Positions 11,696-23,717 of a stretch of DNA of 64,000 nucleotides are shown here, one piece after another; within the stretch, counting starts at the first letter, position 1, and each line of letters starts with the position of its first letter. A model generated the notes under the pieces. The model ran no database searches, had not been told where the DNA came from, and was given only the letters and a program-made list of their open reading frames with translations. The position numbers and the translations under genes are program-made. The stretch is from Octopus vulgaris (lineage: Eukaryota): NCBI GenBank assembly GCA_951406725.2, contig OX597816.1, forward strand, positions 153,574,001 through 153,638,000, given 5' to 3'.

Positions 11696-12572
11696 CAGAG
11701 TGTTCGAGCTAAATTTAACTGTTTGCATAAAAGGAAAAGAAGACACAATATCCCGCCCAAATATAAAATTATTTTTAAAAATCAAAAAATCTCAATTAGA
11801 TTACGGCTGGGCGATAACAGTTTACTCAAAGTAGCCGCCCTCAACTTCCACCACGGCTTCAAGACCGTTCCGGTACCTAGTGCATGCGCTCTCACGGCTT
11901 CACATGGAAGATCTTCCAACATATCTTTGATCTTGGACACCAGCTTTTACCTAGTGTTACGGGCAAAGTGGCTGGTGTCTTAATCCTACATAGCAATCCA
12001 TGTAACTACAGTTGGGGGAATTAAGAGGCCAGAAATTGGTGAAATCGTAGAAATTCTCCGACAACCACTTCTGACTATTTCTGGAGGTATAGCAAAGAGC
12101 CGAATCCTTTATATGGCTTTCCAACAACAACCTCTCCAGCTAAGATTCAGTCTCCAAAAGTTTCACATGACCTTCTGAATTAAGCCTAAATCCTAGTCCT
12201 GCAGCTGTTGCATGAATTCCTGCGTGTGGACACAATCAGAACGCCTGATATGTCCCTTCCTGTTGGCCACGGCTTCGTTGTCTCTGTTGCCGCTGTCAGC
12301 TGTCCCTGTCACGTCTTACAGCCTTAACATGTTCACGGATCATTGAGCGGCAACCATGATGATGATATTTTGATACCAGGCGCAAATCATCACGATACAG
12401 GTAACTCTTTTCCAATATTTAGATGAATTCCAGTCATCCATGTCAGCTAACGCTTTCTCAAATACAACTTTAATCTTAATGTTCTCCAATGCTGATGACT
12501 GTTCACCAATACATCAAGATGTTCCTGAAAAAGGATATGTAAAATATCGTCAAATTTAGCCCGATCATCCTG
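11696..12572 (-). mobile_element. Tc1/mariner superfamily (maT/DD37D-like) relic
   Basis: Degenerate TIRs cagagtgttcgagctaaattt / aaatttagcccgatcatcctg. Minus-strand DSALCYTSRNSQKWLSENF, FWPLNSPNCSYMD (WPPNSPDLNPLD-like) and LEAVVEVEGGYFE*. Confidence 0.75.
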
Positions 12573-12752
12573 AAAGTTCTAAATGCTTTTACATCTAGCA
12601 ATTTTACAACGTCTTTTCTTCATCCATGAAATTTCTTAGAATCAATTATTTCCTACTTGAAAATCCCTCATGCACAACATTAATAAATGTATCCACTAAA
12701 TGCTCTTGTGATGTAAACAGAAAAAATAAATTATTATGCTATTTCATTTCAG

Positions 12753-12808
12753 GTGTTTGTAGCTTCAAGTCGCGCAGGACTTATCGGAGATGCTCTCAAC
12801 TTAGCTCG
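12753..12808 (+). CDS. M1 aminopeptidase exon 4
   Basis: tttcag/..cg/gtacg; VFVASSRAGLIGDALNLA(R), matching the conserved RAxLIxDAFNLAR motif. Confidence 0.93.
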
Positions 12809-13199
12809 GTACGCTATGTTTTGTTACTATTTTTTCATGTATGGAATTATGCTATTATTAAGATTTATTGTAAAGTTTAGACACAAAGTTAAGATATATG
12901 TGTGTGTGTGTATGCATATATGTATGTATATATGTATATACGAATGTATGTATATACACACACACAAAAACACACACACATACACACACACACACACACA
13001 AACATACAACATACAATTTTAATACTGTGAATAAAAACTTAGGTAACGTGGCAAGTTATCTGTAGTTGCATTGTTCCATAATGGAATGAAAGTATGTATC
13101 AAGGTGGATAGCAAGCTCTCTGATCCAGTTTTGTTGAAGATGCTGTTTAACTATTGGCTATACCAGCGCCAGCTCCGTTCACATTGCACTTTGAGATTT

Positions 13200-14090
13200 T
13201 CTTGAAAGCTTTTGAAAGTTGCTTACATGGGGTCTACGTCAGATACCGAACAACAGGTTCGCTGACAGGTGAATTCCTGTATGATGACGACTGATCTTAT
13301 TCACTCCCAGAGTAACAAGCAGCATCTTACTGACTCCTTCTCGACAGTATGCAGTGCGTTTGGTCAAACGATCAGCCTGAAAAAGACGGCCTGCACTAGG
13401 TAAAGCCTTTTCTGAACCAATCATTAATGTATATAGACATACTTATCGAAGCTGGCAGAAAAAGCTGGAGTGATTTCACCGAAACGCTTCGCCGATACAG
13501 GGTATCCTATAGCAAATATATGCAAGTGATATTGATGTGTTCGAACGCAATCTGTCAAACAATGTAGATGGTGTGGTAATGTGGTCAGGATCGAAGATGG
13601 TCAGATCTCTAAGCAATTTCTGCATGATGAGTTAGCCCCGGGTAAAAGATAAGCGCAAAAAACCAAATTAAGGTATAAGAGCTACATCAAGAATACACTG
13701 GAGGAAGCCAAAATCATTGAAAACCTTGCCCTAGATCGTTCATCGTGAAGGAAAGCAATGCATGATGGGAGTAGGGAATTTGAACAGAATAGTATCGATC
13801 ATGGACAGCTCAAGAGACTTTTGTAAGATTCTTGATGTGAATTTGAGGCACAGCCAACATGTAACTAGCGTGGGTTAGTCTGTCTAGGTAAGGCAGACCT
13901 TAGAAGTCATCAGAAGTTAACTATGCATTATACAGCATCTCTGCTTGCAAAGAGTGTGGGGAAAATGTGCATCACGGAGTGGGATAAAACAATATTCCAA
14001 TATCACATCTATACAAAAAATGTGAGTCCCTAGCACGACTGAAAAGCTACATTCGGGCTGTTCATGATTCAGTGAACAATGGCATTATTA
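13200..14090 (+). mobile_element. RTE-clade LINE 3' fragment, decayed
   Basis: GVYVRYRTTG, DSFSTVCSAFGQTISLKKT and RWCGNVVRIEDGQISKQFLHDELAPGKR..KLRYK resemble the RTE RT C-terminus; many stops. Confidence 0.75.
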
Positions 14091-14114
14091 GAAATAGGGT
14101 TGCATGCATGTATG

Positions 14115-14180
<66 letters not shown>

Positions 14181-14849
14181 GGTAGGTAGGTAGGTAGGTA
14201 GGTAGGTCTGTTCTCATTGGTCACTAGTTTACATAATTAATCCTACTTCGAACGTTGGCGATCATATTCACAACTAGTGACTGCATTCAATGCCAATGCT
14301 TAATATACATTTCCTTTATTTTTTTCTTTGTGAGGTAAGGAAATTGTATAACGTTAAACAGTAAATTGAGAAGAGATGAAAGAGTGTGTGGTGCGATGTA
14401 GGAGTGGCCTTCCTCGAACGTTGTGCTGTTACTGATACAACCAAACTGCATTAAAATGATTTTTGCATAATTAGATTTAACTATAAAACATTTTAGTATA
14501 ATCAAGATTAGAATGAAGAACGGCTCGTGAGTTGCACCAAACTATGCATTTTTTCTGTGGCACTCTGCCAGCATCGAGCAACTACATCTGGAGCCCAAAC
14601 TGCAAACAATCGCACAATATTCAGGCCTGGCTAGATTAGCAACTAGACTTCTTCGTGTGCGTTTGCAACCAGGCAGGGAACAGTTTCGACTTTCGAAGCT
14701 TTGCTAACGCCTCGGTATCATCTAGGTTAAGCTCTTCCTCTGGCCCTCTGATGCCAAGGTGATATTGTCATCAAGTTGGTCGACAAGCCAAGCATGGCTT
14801 GATTACGATTTGGCATTCTGTCCTCTACAAAGCTGAGGCTCTTCGGCAG

Positions 14850-15200
14850 CTCTTCAATCGTCTTTTCTACCATCATTATTCTCCAACCCCATTCCGCTAC
14901 ACTATAAACAACTCGTGACCTTCGCCATCAAACACTGGCACCTATATTGTTTCTGCCTGCAACTGCCCTTCCGAATTCAGTTTTGAGTACTTCCATTACA
15001 TTCTCTTCCATTTTCGTGGTTGCGCTTTCTTTTCAAACTTATAGCCTCAACCACGCTCTCCCCCTACCCCTTCGACTTTATCTCATTTCCTTCTGACCAT
15101 TTCGGACTTCTGTTCACTATAGGTTTAAAGTCTCATTGCATCACAAGAACGGCTACCTTACTTTTGAACAGTTTCTAAACTGTCGCACTAACCTCCAGCA
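14850..15200 (+). mobile_element. Old Penelope-like RT fragment
   Basis: IVSACNCPSEFSFEYFHYIL (cf. RPIVSACSCPTELISxYLD), LLFTIGLKSH (cf. LxFTMDVxSLY) and GYLTFEQFLNCR occur in the expected order; highly degenerate. Confidence 0.55.
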
Positions 15201-16022
15201 TAATACTCCCACCCTCTCTATTTTATCAAACAAACACACCGATACACACATGCATAAAACATAAACACTCACAAAGAGCTTAACATATACACATTACATG
15301 CACGTACACACGTGCGCACAGACATACACTATTAGCACAGGCTTACACACACACTATTAGCAAAGGCAAACATATGCACACAAGCTATTAGCACAGGCGC
15401 ACACTCACACACACACACACACATACGTTATTAACACAGGCAAACACTCACACTTACGCACACACACACACACACACATGTACTCCTATGCACAAGCAGC
15501 CTATTTACTCGTACACCAAACACATACTCCAAACACAGACATCCACGCCTGCCTACATACACACATAGTATACACGCAAACACATACAAACACTTTCATA
15601 TAAACAATCTACAGTCTAGTCCGTCGTCTCTGTTAATTCTGATGTTGAAAGCACTTTCATTTCTTTTTCTCACTTCCGCTTCACTCAACAATGATGCCTT
15701 CGTAAAAAAAAAAATAAACATAATTTATTCGTCTCCCTCTCTATCTATCTATCAATTTATCTATCTATTTATATATATAAATATATATATATATATATAC
15801 CCTCTCTCTGGTGAAGACCAAATATGTCGGAAACGACAACAAAAGGCATTTCCTTCTCCCTTCACCTACAATTGACACAACTTTTTCAATATGTTTAATT
15901 CGTTCGTTGTTCTTATGTTGTTATACGCGCGCGCACGCGCACACACACACACACATACATAGCATTTTCGTTCTTCTTTTTCATAAATACTTACACATGT
16001 GTTACCTATACACATTTTTTAA

Positions 16023-16074
<52 letters not shown>

Positions 16075-16231
16075 GCAGACAGAGAGAGGGACACTGTATG
16101 GCTGGTATGACTGTGTAGTAAGAAGTTTGCCTCCCAACTACATGGTTTTGGGTTCAGTCCCACTGATGAGTTGGTTTGGTAGACGAAAACTGAAAGAAGC
16201 CCGTTGTATATATATATATATATTATTTTAT

Positions 16232-16756
16232 TCTTTTACTTGTTTCAGTCATTTGACTGCAACCATGCTGTAACTCCGCCTTAAAGGGTTTTAGTCGAAG
16301 AAATTGACACCTGGACTAATCCTTCGTAAGCCTAGTATATCGACTTCTTTTACCGAACCACTGAATTACAGGGATATAAAAACACCAAAATCGGTTGTCA
16401 GACACAAACACATAAACACACACACCCACACACACACACATGTGTATACATAAAAAAAAACTATAAACGTCGCCCTTTTCAAGCCCAACCAGGCTCATGG
16501 GCCCGGTTTCCCGGTTTCTGTGACGTATGTGTGCCCCCCGCCCCCGAAGCTGGACGGGACGCCAGTCCATCGCAGCGTTACTCAAGAAACAGGAAGAGAG
16601 AGAGAAAGAGAGAAAGATGTGGCGAAAGAGTACAACAGAAGTCGTCACCACCCCCTCCCGGTGCATCGTGGAGCTTGTAGGTGTTTTCGCTCAATAAACA
16701 CACAACGAATCGAAACCGCGAGTCCGCTGCCCTAACCACTGGGCCATTGCGCCTCC

Positions 16757-16820
<64 letters not shown>

Positions 16821-16827
16821 ATATATA

Positions 16828-16911
<84 letters not shown>

Positions 16912-16941
16912 CATACATACATACATACATACATACATACA

Positions 16942-16973
<32 letters not shown>

Positions 16974-17110
16974 CGACGGGCTTCTTTCAGTTTCCGTCTA
17001 CCAATTCCAGTCACAAGACTTTAATTATATCGACGTTATAGAAGACACTTGCCCAAAGTGCCACGCAATGAGACTGAACCCGGAACCATGTGGTTGGGAA
17101 GCAAGCTTCT
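16232..17110 (-). mobile_element. SINE family B split by a nested SINE and microsatellites, truncated by the ORF1-only insertions
   Basis: 3' part 16232..16410; 5' part 16971..17110 ending at ggttgggaagcaagcttct. Confidence 0.75.
16465..16756 (-). mobile_element. SINE family C with tRNA-like head, nested in SINE B
   Basis: Minus strand starts ggaggcgcaatggcccagtggttagggcagcggactcgcgg..ttcgattc (A/B-box like). Related heads occur near 21215 and 59810. Confidence 0.7.
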
Positions 17111-18542
17111 TTATTTCAAAATATTTTGCCATAAAGGCATTACATAGAGGGGACGCTACAACACATGTAGAGACATATAACTATTAAAAATATATAAAAA
17201 TAAAATATGATATTTTGAATGACATGAAAATGCACATGAAAAACAAATTAAAATCATGATAGCATGTGTGATAGTTGAAAATTAAAATATGAAGAGTGTG
17301 TTACTCACCCAGCACTGAGTAACACCACTCGCCGCCTCTGAGGTCCTAATTTCCTTTTAGTCTCTGTTCCAATTCCACAATCACCCCAATACTGCACTCT
17401 CTCGTAACCTTTTTCACCGGGAGAGTGGTCTTCTAAATTCTGAGGTGTATGCTCTTTTTTCTTTTTTTCCTGTGGGGAAATGGGGTCGGTGGGTTTGGTG
17501 TCTGTATGGGGAGGGTGGGTCTGAGTGGTCTTGGGTGGGATGGAGTTGGACTGGGGTATCACATCATTCTCAGTGTTCTTTCTTTTTTTGCTCTTCTTCT
17601 TTCTACTCTCTGTTACTCTCCATTCTTCCTCCTTTCCTCCGTCTGTCTTTTCTTCCTCTCTTTTCTCTTCCATCTCCACAACTGTTTCTTCTGCTATTGT
17701 CCTCTGTAGAGGGCAGTATGCTCTAATGTGTCCCTTTTGGCCACATTTAAAACAATGTGGTACTCTGCTCTCTACCCACATTCTCAGTACAATTTCCCCC
17801 AACGTCACTGTCTCTGCCAAACTCTCCAGTTGTCCCTCCTCCGTCTGTATAATTAATTCTAGTGTCTTCCCGTTCCACCCTCCTTCTGTTTCTGTGGCTT
17901 GAAGGACAGCCATTTCTCCTCACTTTCAATATGGACAGCCGCCGCCACCCAAGCCACCTCTATATCAGGAGAGATTGCTTCTACCATTACCTTGGAAGTC
18001 TTTCTTTCAAAGTATGTGTGCAGAAGCACTACTTCCTCTGTTTTCACCGTCACACTCGCCAGCTTCCTCGCCTCCTCTACTGTCCTAAATTGGATGACCA
18101 CTGTCCTATATCTCCTTCCTTTAGTTATGTATATTATTTCTTTCGACCGCTCCCTTAGCGCCTTTTCCGTTTCAGCTTCCACCTACTCGGCCATTTTTCC
18201 TTTTAACGAGAACACCTCTCCATCCGCTCCATAATTCTTTTGGGGGTGGGGGCGACAACTTCACGTCACCTCCTACATTTTGTACCATCTTCTCATACTC
18301 CTTCAGACTAGCCAACTCCAACTCCCTTCGCTTGATCTCTGTGGCCTCAGCAAAACTCCTTGTCTTCTCCAACACTCCGTCCATCTTTATGACCGCCCTT
18401 ACCTGCTCCTCCTCTGCTGAAGACAACTCAGATCCGCTAAAGTCTGAGTACATCATCTCTTCCCTCAAAGCAGCAAAAAAAAAACGTCCGACTCGCACAC
18501 AAATGACAAACCAAAGGCACTCTGTGTGACGCATGCGCGGAG
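17111..18542 (-). mobile_element. ORF1-only non-LTR element (L1/Tx1-like gag, HAL1-like), frameshifted
   Basis: Overlapping ORFs 18172..18546, 17859..18182 and 17305..17913 with a CFKCGQKGHIRAYC zinc knuckle. No RT is present. Flanked by the direct repeat gcaagcttct (17101..17110 and 18543..18552). Confidence 0.75.
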
Positions 18543-18552
18543 GCAAGCTTCT

Positions 18553-19560
18553 TTATTTCATTACATTTGCCATAAAGGCATAATACAGATAATGGAATGA
18601 AAAAAGGGAAGGTTTGTGAGGGAAACAGACAACACCCGCCGGTTGCTACTTCTCGAAAACAGTGTTCCTTTTTTAAAAAGACACAAATGAGGTATTGAAC
18701 CTCTTATAACAGTTTCAAATTGAAGTGCTGAGCCTCTTACCAATCAAATCTCATAAAAGTTCGGCAAATATATTCAATCGTTCTTTCAAATTGAGGCGCT
18801 AAGCCTCTTACCAAAATCACCAAGTTCAAATCCAGGCACTAAGACCTCTTACTCTACCTCCCCGACTAAGTCTCTTGCCGCCTGCAGGCAAGCCTGCAGT
18901 TGCAAGTCGGGCCCCCATAAGAAAAATTGTATTCATCCTTGGTAAAGGAGTCCATCAACATGCAGAAATCATTTTCCGCCATGACCTCCGCAGCCACCTG
19001 CGGAATCCAATCCAGGCTTTCAGTGCAGGACAGAACCACTTCTTTCCGACCTTCTAGATTCCTCACAAAGTTCTCTACGGCCCCTCCCTTAAGAAAGATC
19101 ACAAATTCCCCAGTTATTAGACTGGAAGGGGCCACAGTTTCCTCCGTCGGTGGCACAATTTCCACCGACGAGGTTTCAGGGCATGCCGGCAGTGTACTGC
19201 TAACCGTCGGCACTGTCCCATTCTTTTTCTTCTTTTTTCTCGCCTTTGATACGGGAGGGTGTAGTTCCTCTGGTTTAATCGGGGGATCTTCCCTCCCTCC
19301 CGCAGTTTTAGGGTCCTTCGGTGGGCAACCATTGTTGACCACCTTCTTCCTCTTTTCGGAAAGGTCTCCACCTCCTCGACTGCTTCCATCTCTCCCTCCG
19401 AAGGAGGAGGAGGGAGCTTTTCCTCAACCAACTGTTCCAAGACCCTACTCTGGTCCTGGGGACAGTTCTTTTTAATGTGACCTGGTTTCAGGCACATGTG
19501 ACACTTGGGGGAGAGGCGTTCATCAAGTATCACTGGGTACCTACAACAGGCCATTTTCAA
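18553..19560 (-). mobile_element. Second, divergent ORF1-only non-LTR element, 5'-truncated
   Basis: CHMCLKPGHIKKNC knuckle and Lys/Pro/Glu-rich tail. Its 3' terminus ttatttca..tttgccataaaggcat is shared with the neighbouring element. Confidence 0.7.
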
Positions 19561-20386
19561 AACATCTGGAAAAAAATCTGCGTTTGCCTAGCGTTTCGGC
19601 AAAAGAGTCTGATAGAATAAGTGAAAGGTTCAAAAAAGTAAATCCCGGAGTCGATTCATTCGACTAAAAATTCTTCAAGTTAGTGCCCCAACATGGCTGC
19701 AGTCTAATGACTGAAATAAGTAAATGATAAAAGATATATAAAATATATATTTGGTCTCAACTACACATGATTTCAGTTTAAGGAGCGGAAATGTGAAGTC
19801 ACATATGAATTGCCACAACTACGCTGTATTAATTACGTGTAATCCACGGAACTGATTTCAAAAGAGCGTATTAGATTAATTAACTAAGTATGAAAGATCG
19901 AAGGTTCGAGCCTCTTCACCGATTTTCTATTTTTAACACAACTTTCCAATCCATTTTGCTATAAAAATAATTTTATGCGTATGTAAAATCCACTGACATG
20001 ACTTCGTTTGTATTGTGTAATTGACAAATATTTTATTGGCCTTCTGAATTGAATTCAAATACCAGTTAGCTTATTACTACATAGTGTATACATGGTATTA
20101 AACGTCATCGCATTCTGTATTTGTACTACATTTAAGTTCATTTTCAAAATACGAACACTATCATTCTCTAAATATACCCACTAAATCAATGAGATATATA
20201 CGAATTTCGAAAAAGAAAGATGATTGAATCGTTATTTTTGTGGTGTATAATTACGTCTCTTTTGTGATCTGAATTTAAATCCTGCTGAAGACGACTTTGA
20301 CGTTAAAAACAAATCGAGTATCAATCAGGATCTATTACATGAAATGTTCTAACGTAAGAAACTGTTGTCTATTATATTTCAAACAG

Positions 20387-20534
20387 GGCTGGCCAGTTAG
20401 ATTACCATATTGCACTGAATATAACAACTTATCTAAAGAAAGAAAGTGATTTCGTCCCTTGGAAAGCATTTCTGGATGGGCTGGAATTTGTCAATGCAAT
20501 GTTGGATACCAGTGATTCCTACGGCAACTTCCAG
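20387..20534 (+). CDS. M1 aminopeptidase exon 5
   Basis: aaacag/../gttag; AGQLDYHIALNITTYLKKESDFVPWKAFLDGLEFVNAMLDTSDSYGNFQ. Confidence 0.95.
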
Positions 20535-20595
20535 GTTAGTTCAACTTGTATAAGGATCTGATTTTCCTCTCTGACTCTTCCCCTACCTCACGCAC

Positions 20596-20628
<33 letters not shown>

Positions 20629-20629
20629 G

Positions 20630-20704
<75 letters not shown>

Positions 20705-20706
<2 letters not shown>

Positions 20707-21175
20707 TACAGCAGTATCAGCGCCGAGCAGTGTTTTGACATACGCGACTTTAGTTAAAATAGTTTGACACATTTCAACTTCTAAAGGCAAATTTACTGCA
20801 GTTACCATGGAGAAAAATATCCTCTCTTATGTAAGAACACCATATTTGCCCATTGCTGCCCCTATACGACTCCCAGACGCGTTTCTAGCTTTATAGCTGT
20901 TATCAATGGAAAATACCGAAGAAAGGCAACTCTGGATAAGGTCAATTAAAAGCTGTGGCTTTAACTAAAACACAGTCAACAACATTGACTGAGTTGCGCC
21001 ATTAGACCGCCAGGTTGGAAAAATTACAGCAGTATCAGCACGATGCAATGCTTAGACATGAGCGAACTGCAGTGGATTTGCAGCTAACTACAGTGAATTT
21101 GCCTTTAAAAGTTGAAATATGTCACGAACATATTTTAACTAACCAAAAGTTTGCTTATGCCTAAACACTACTTGG
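20705..21175 (-). mobile_element. Short non-coding element with inverted and direct terminal repeats surrounding a hammerhead (PLE pseudo-LTR-like)
   Basis: ~20729..20805 is an imperfect inverted repeat of ~21085..21170. ttacagcagtatcagc is directly repeated at 20706 and 21024. The element begins at a (TA)n tract. Confidence 0.6.
20870..20912 (-). ncRNA. Minimal type I hammerhead ribozyme variant (U3-A8 core)
   Basis: Minus strand: tttcca-TTGATAA-c-agct-ataa-agct-a-GAAA-cgcg-TC-tgggag. Stem I is 6 bp, stem II is 4 bp, stem III is palindromic ACGCGT, and the cleavage site is GUC. Confidence 0.7.
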
Positions 21176-21349
21176 AAAATTAACGTGCAGGTGAGCACTC
21201 CATAGTGAAAAGCGTATGGCTTAGTGATTAAGTTATCCTGCTCACGACCGTATGGCCGTGAGTTCGACACCAGATACCACGTTGTGTCCTTGAGCAAGAC
21301 ACTTTATTTCGCGTTGCTCCAGTTCACTCAGCTGGCAATGTGTGTGCTA

Positions 21350-21394
<45 letters not shown>

Positions 21395-21475
21395 CGTGTG
21401 TGTTTGTATAATATATATGTACATCTAGACCTACATGCATATACATATATACATACACACAAACACATACATTCA

Positions 21476-21520
<45 letters not shown>

Positions 21521-21525
<5 letters not shown>

Positions 21526-22822
21526 AGCTGTTGGACCCGCCGTTGCTCGTGTTTACCGTGTTGAAGTTGAGCCCACCTCTGACCTTGTATTAAAATCTTC
21601 TACGTTCTCCGTGCTAACTATTATCCATTAATGTGTTATAGCTGGTTCGGCAGGGATTTTACCCGCTAAACGCTTACATCATAATCCTACATATTGAACC
21701 GTCTGAAAATCGCAGTCAAACTTTTGGGCTACCTCGACCCGTTGAGAGTGATATTTGTTTATTTTTCTCGCCTTAATGCCACCCTATGTACAAAATTGAT
21801 CAGCGTGTCCAATCTCAGCAAAATCCGAAGAAAAGTGTTAAGGTTTTGTCATAAAATAGAATTCATGTAACCATTTACATGAAAATATCCCTTAGACTTT
21901 TAAATCTCAATAATTTATATGAATAATCGATATTTCATATGTCGAAGTGCTTAATTTTACTCATGGGTCAATTTTCGTCAAAATCAGTTCATTATTCTAT
22001 TGTGAGTGAATTTTGACGATTTCTGCCTTTCGCCAGTTTAATTTTAATTCTACTACATGACTCCGACCATAAACTTTACCTAAATGTCAAGTTTCATCAA
22101 AATCGGTTGAATTCTGTAAAAGTTACAGCATGACACATTTATCCCATGAGTAATTGCATACAAAAAACCTATTCATTTCTTTAAATCCCCCGCTCACGCG
22201 CAATTATCGATTTTTGTCAACTCTTCATGCTGGCATCAACTAAGGGTCATGAACTGTAATCACATGTAAAATTTCTACAAAATCGATAAGAATGTCTCTG
22301 AGGAAATGCTTATTTGCATTTGTGCCCTTTTTAAACAAATACCTTTACCGTCTCCTCCACCACAAAATTTACCTCTATCTCAAATTTCATTAAAATCGTA
22401 TAAAAAATATAAAAGTTACAACCAAAAATAAAATCCCTATGGGGATTTGCACTCAAAAAGGCTATTGATTTTATAAAACAACTGCTCGGGCGCAATTATC
22501 GATTAATTGTCAATGCCATATACTGGCATCAACTCACTGCCATGAGCCTCGCTCACTCATCGATTTTCATCAAAATCGGAGAAAAGCTGCAGGAAAAATA
22601 ACATCGTTATGGGAATTTCCACCCAAACGCCCGATTGAGCTAAAAAAAAGTCGATACCAACTGACCATTATCGAGTTTTCGAAAAATTCCGGCCTCATTT
22701 GAACTTTAGGGAATATGATCTACCTATGCATCAAAAATCATTAAAATCGGTTGGACGGTGTGAGAGGAGTTAGAGTAACCCCAAACACACACACAGACAG
22801 ACACCATTACACATTTATGTTT

Positions 22823-22825
<3 letters not shown>
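21521..22825 (+). mobile_element. Helentron/DINE-1-like non-autonomous element with internal repeats
   Basis: Starts ataccagctgttggacccgccgttgctcg; about 7 copies of tttcatcaaaatcgg-like motifs; ends aaaatcggttggacggtg..cacagacagaca..tttatgtttata. Confidence 0.6.
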
Positions 22826-22884
<59 letters not shown>

Positions 22885-23026
22885 TTATATATGAGGATAA
22901 TATCGATATTTAAGTGTCGAAATTATCAAGTGGCCAGCATGAAAGAAATACCTTACAAAGGTAAAAAAATATATGTAAGTATATCGTTTGCTGTGCATAT
23001 ATATATATATCTGTATTGATGTACCC

Positions 23027-23100
23027 TTGATATATTCAATTGATGACGGTAAAGCTTATCTAAAGCAGAACCAGAAATCCTTGGGTCTTGAATTATTCAA
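23027..23100 (+). ncRNA. Type I hammerhead ribozyme variant or slightly decayed copy
   Basis: ttga-tat-attcaa-TTGATGA-c-ggt-aaa-gctt-atcta-aagc-aga-acc-a-GAAA-tccttggg-TC-ttgaat-tat-tcaa. Stem I is 6+4 bp around an internal loop; predicted GUC cleavage after 23087. Confidence 0.65.
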
Positions 23101-23231
23101 TAATTTTTGCTTGTATGTTTTGTCCCTCCGCTTTACCTCATGGTGCGATATGAACATTTAACGTGGTACTATAGTCAGTGTTTCGACTGCTATTTCGGCA
23201 TGTTGGTGTCTTTTAGACACCCTCATTTTTA

Positions 23232-23272
<41 letters not shown>

Positions 23273-23280
<8 letters not shown>

Positions 23281-23363
23281 AAAATAAAAATGGAAAATAC
23301 GCACACTTACATAGTTATAAACCATGTAAGTGTGCGTATTTTCCATTTTTATTTTCTTATATA
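23273..23363. repeat. Near-perfect hairpin (~44-bp arms, 3-nt loop)
   Basis: tatataagaaaataaaaatggaaaatacgcacacttacatagtt-ata-aaccatgtaagtgtgcgtattttccatttttattttcttatata. Confidence 0.9.
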
Positions 23364-23418
23364 CATTACAATCCACCACGTGGGGACAACCGAAATTCCT
23401 CTTTTCTGTTACTACTAC

Positions 23419-23456
<38 letters not shown>

Positions 23457-23643
23457 GAATGGGTTACATACTGAAGAAGAGTAGACGGATAATGTTTGTA
23501 GAAAGAGAATTTAAATATAAGAACGTTCGTTTGGAATATGGTAAATAATACAGTCAGCGAATTTACTTCATTATTTTCTTCAAAACAATTTCAGACAGAA
23601 AAACATATTGGCATTTTCCACTTTTCATGTTTTCTATTTTCAG

Positions 23644-23717
23644 AAATATTTAACTGACATGGTTACCCCAGTTTTTAAGAAAATAAAATTAAATGGAAAA
23701 GGAAGTTTGCCCCAGAG
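23644..23717 (+). CDS. M1 aminopeptidase exon 6
   Basis: tttcag/..ag/gttag; KYLTDMVTPVFKKIKLNGKGSLPQ(R); phases fit both neighbours. Confidence 0.85.

Noticed and set aside
16163-16190. CTGATGAG..GACGAAA hammerhead-like motif
   Set aside because: Created by an internal deletion in a SINE B copy; stems I and III are absent.
16700-16756. tRNA gene
   Set aside because: tRNA-like A/B boxes only; no complete cloverleaf, and it continues into a SINE body.
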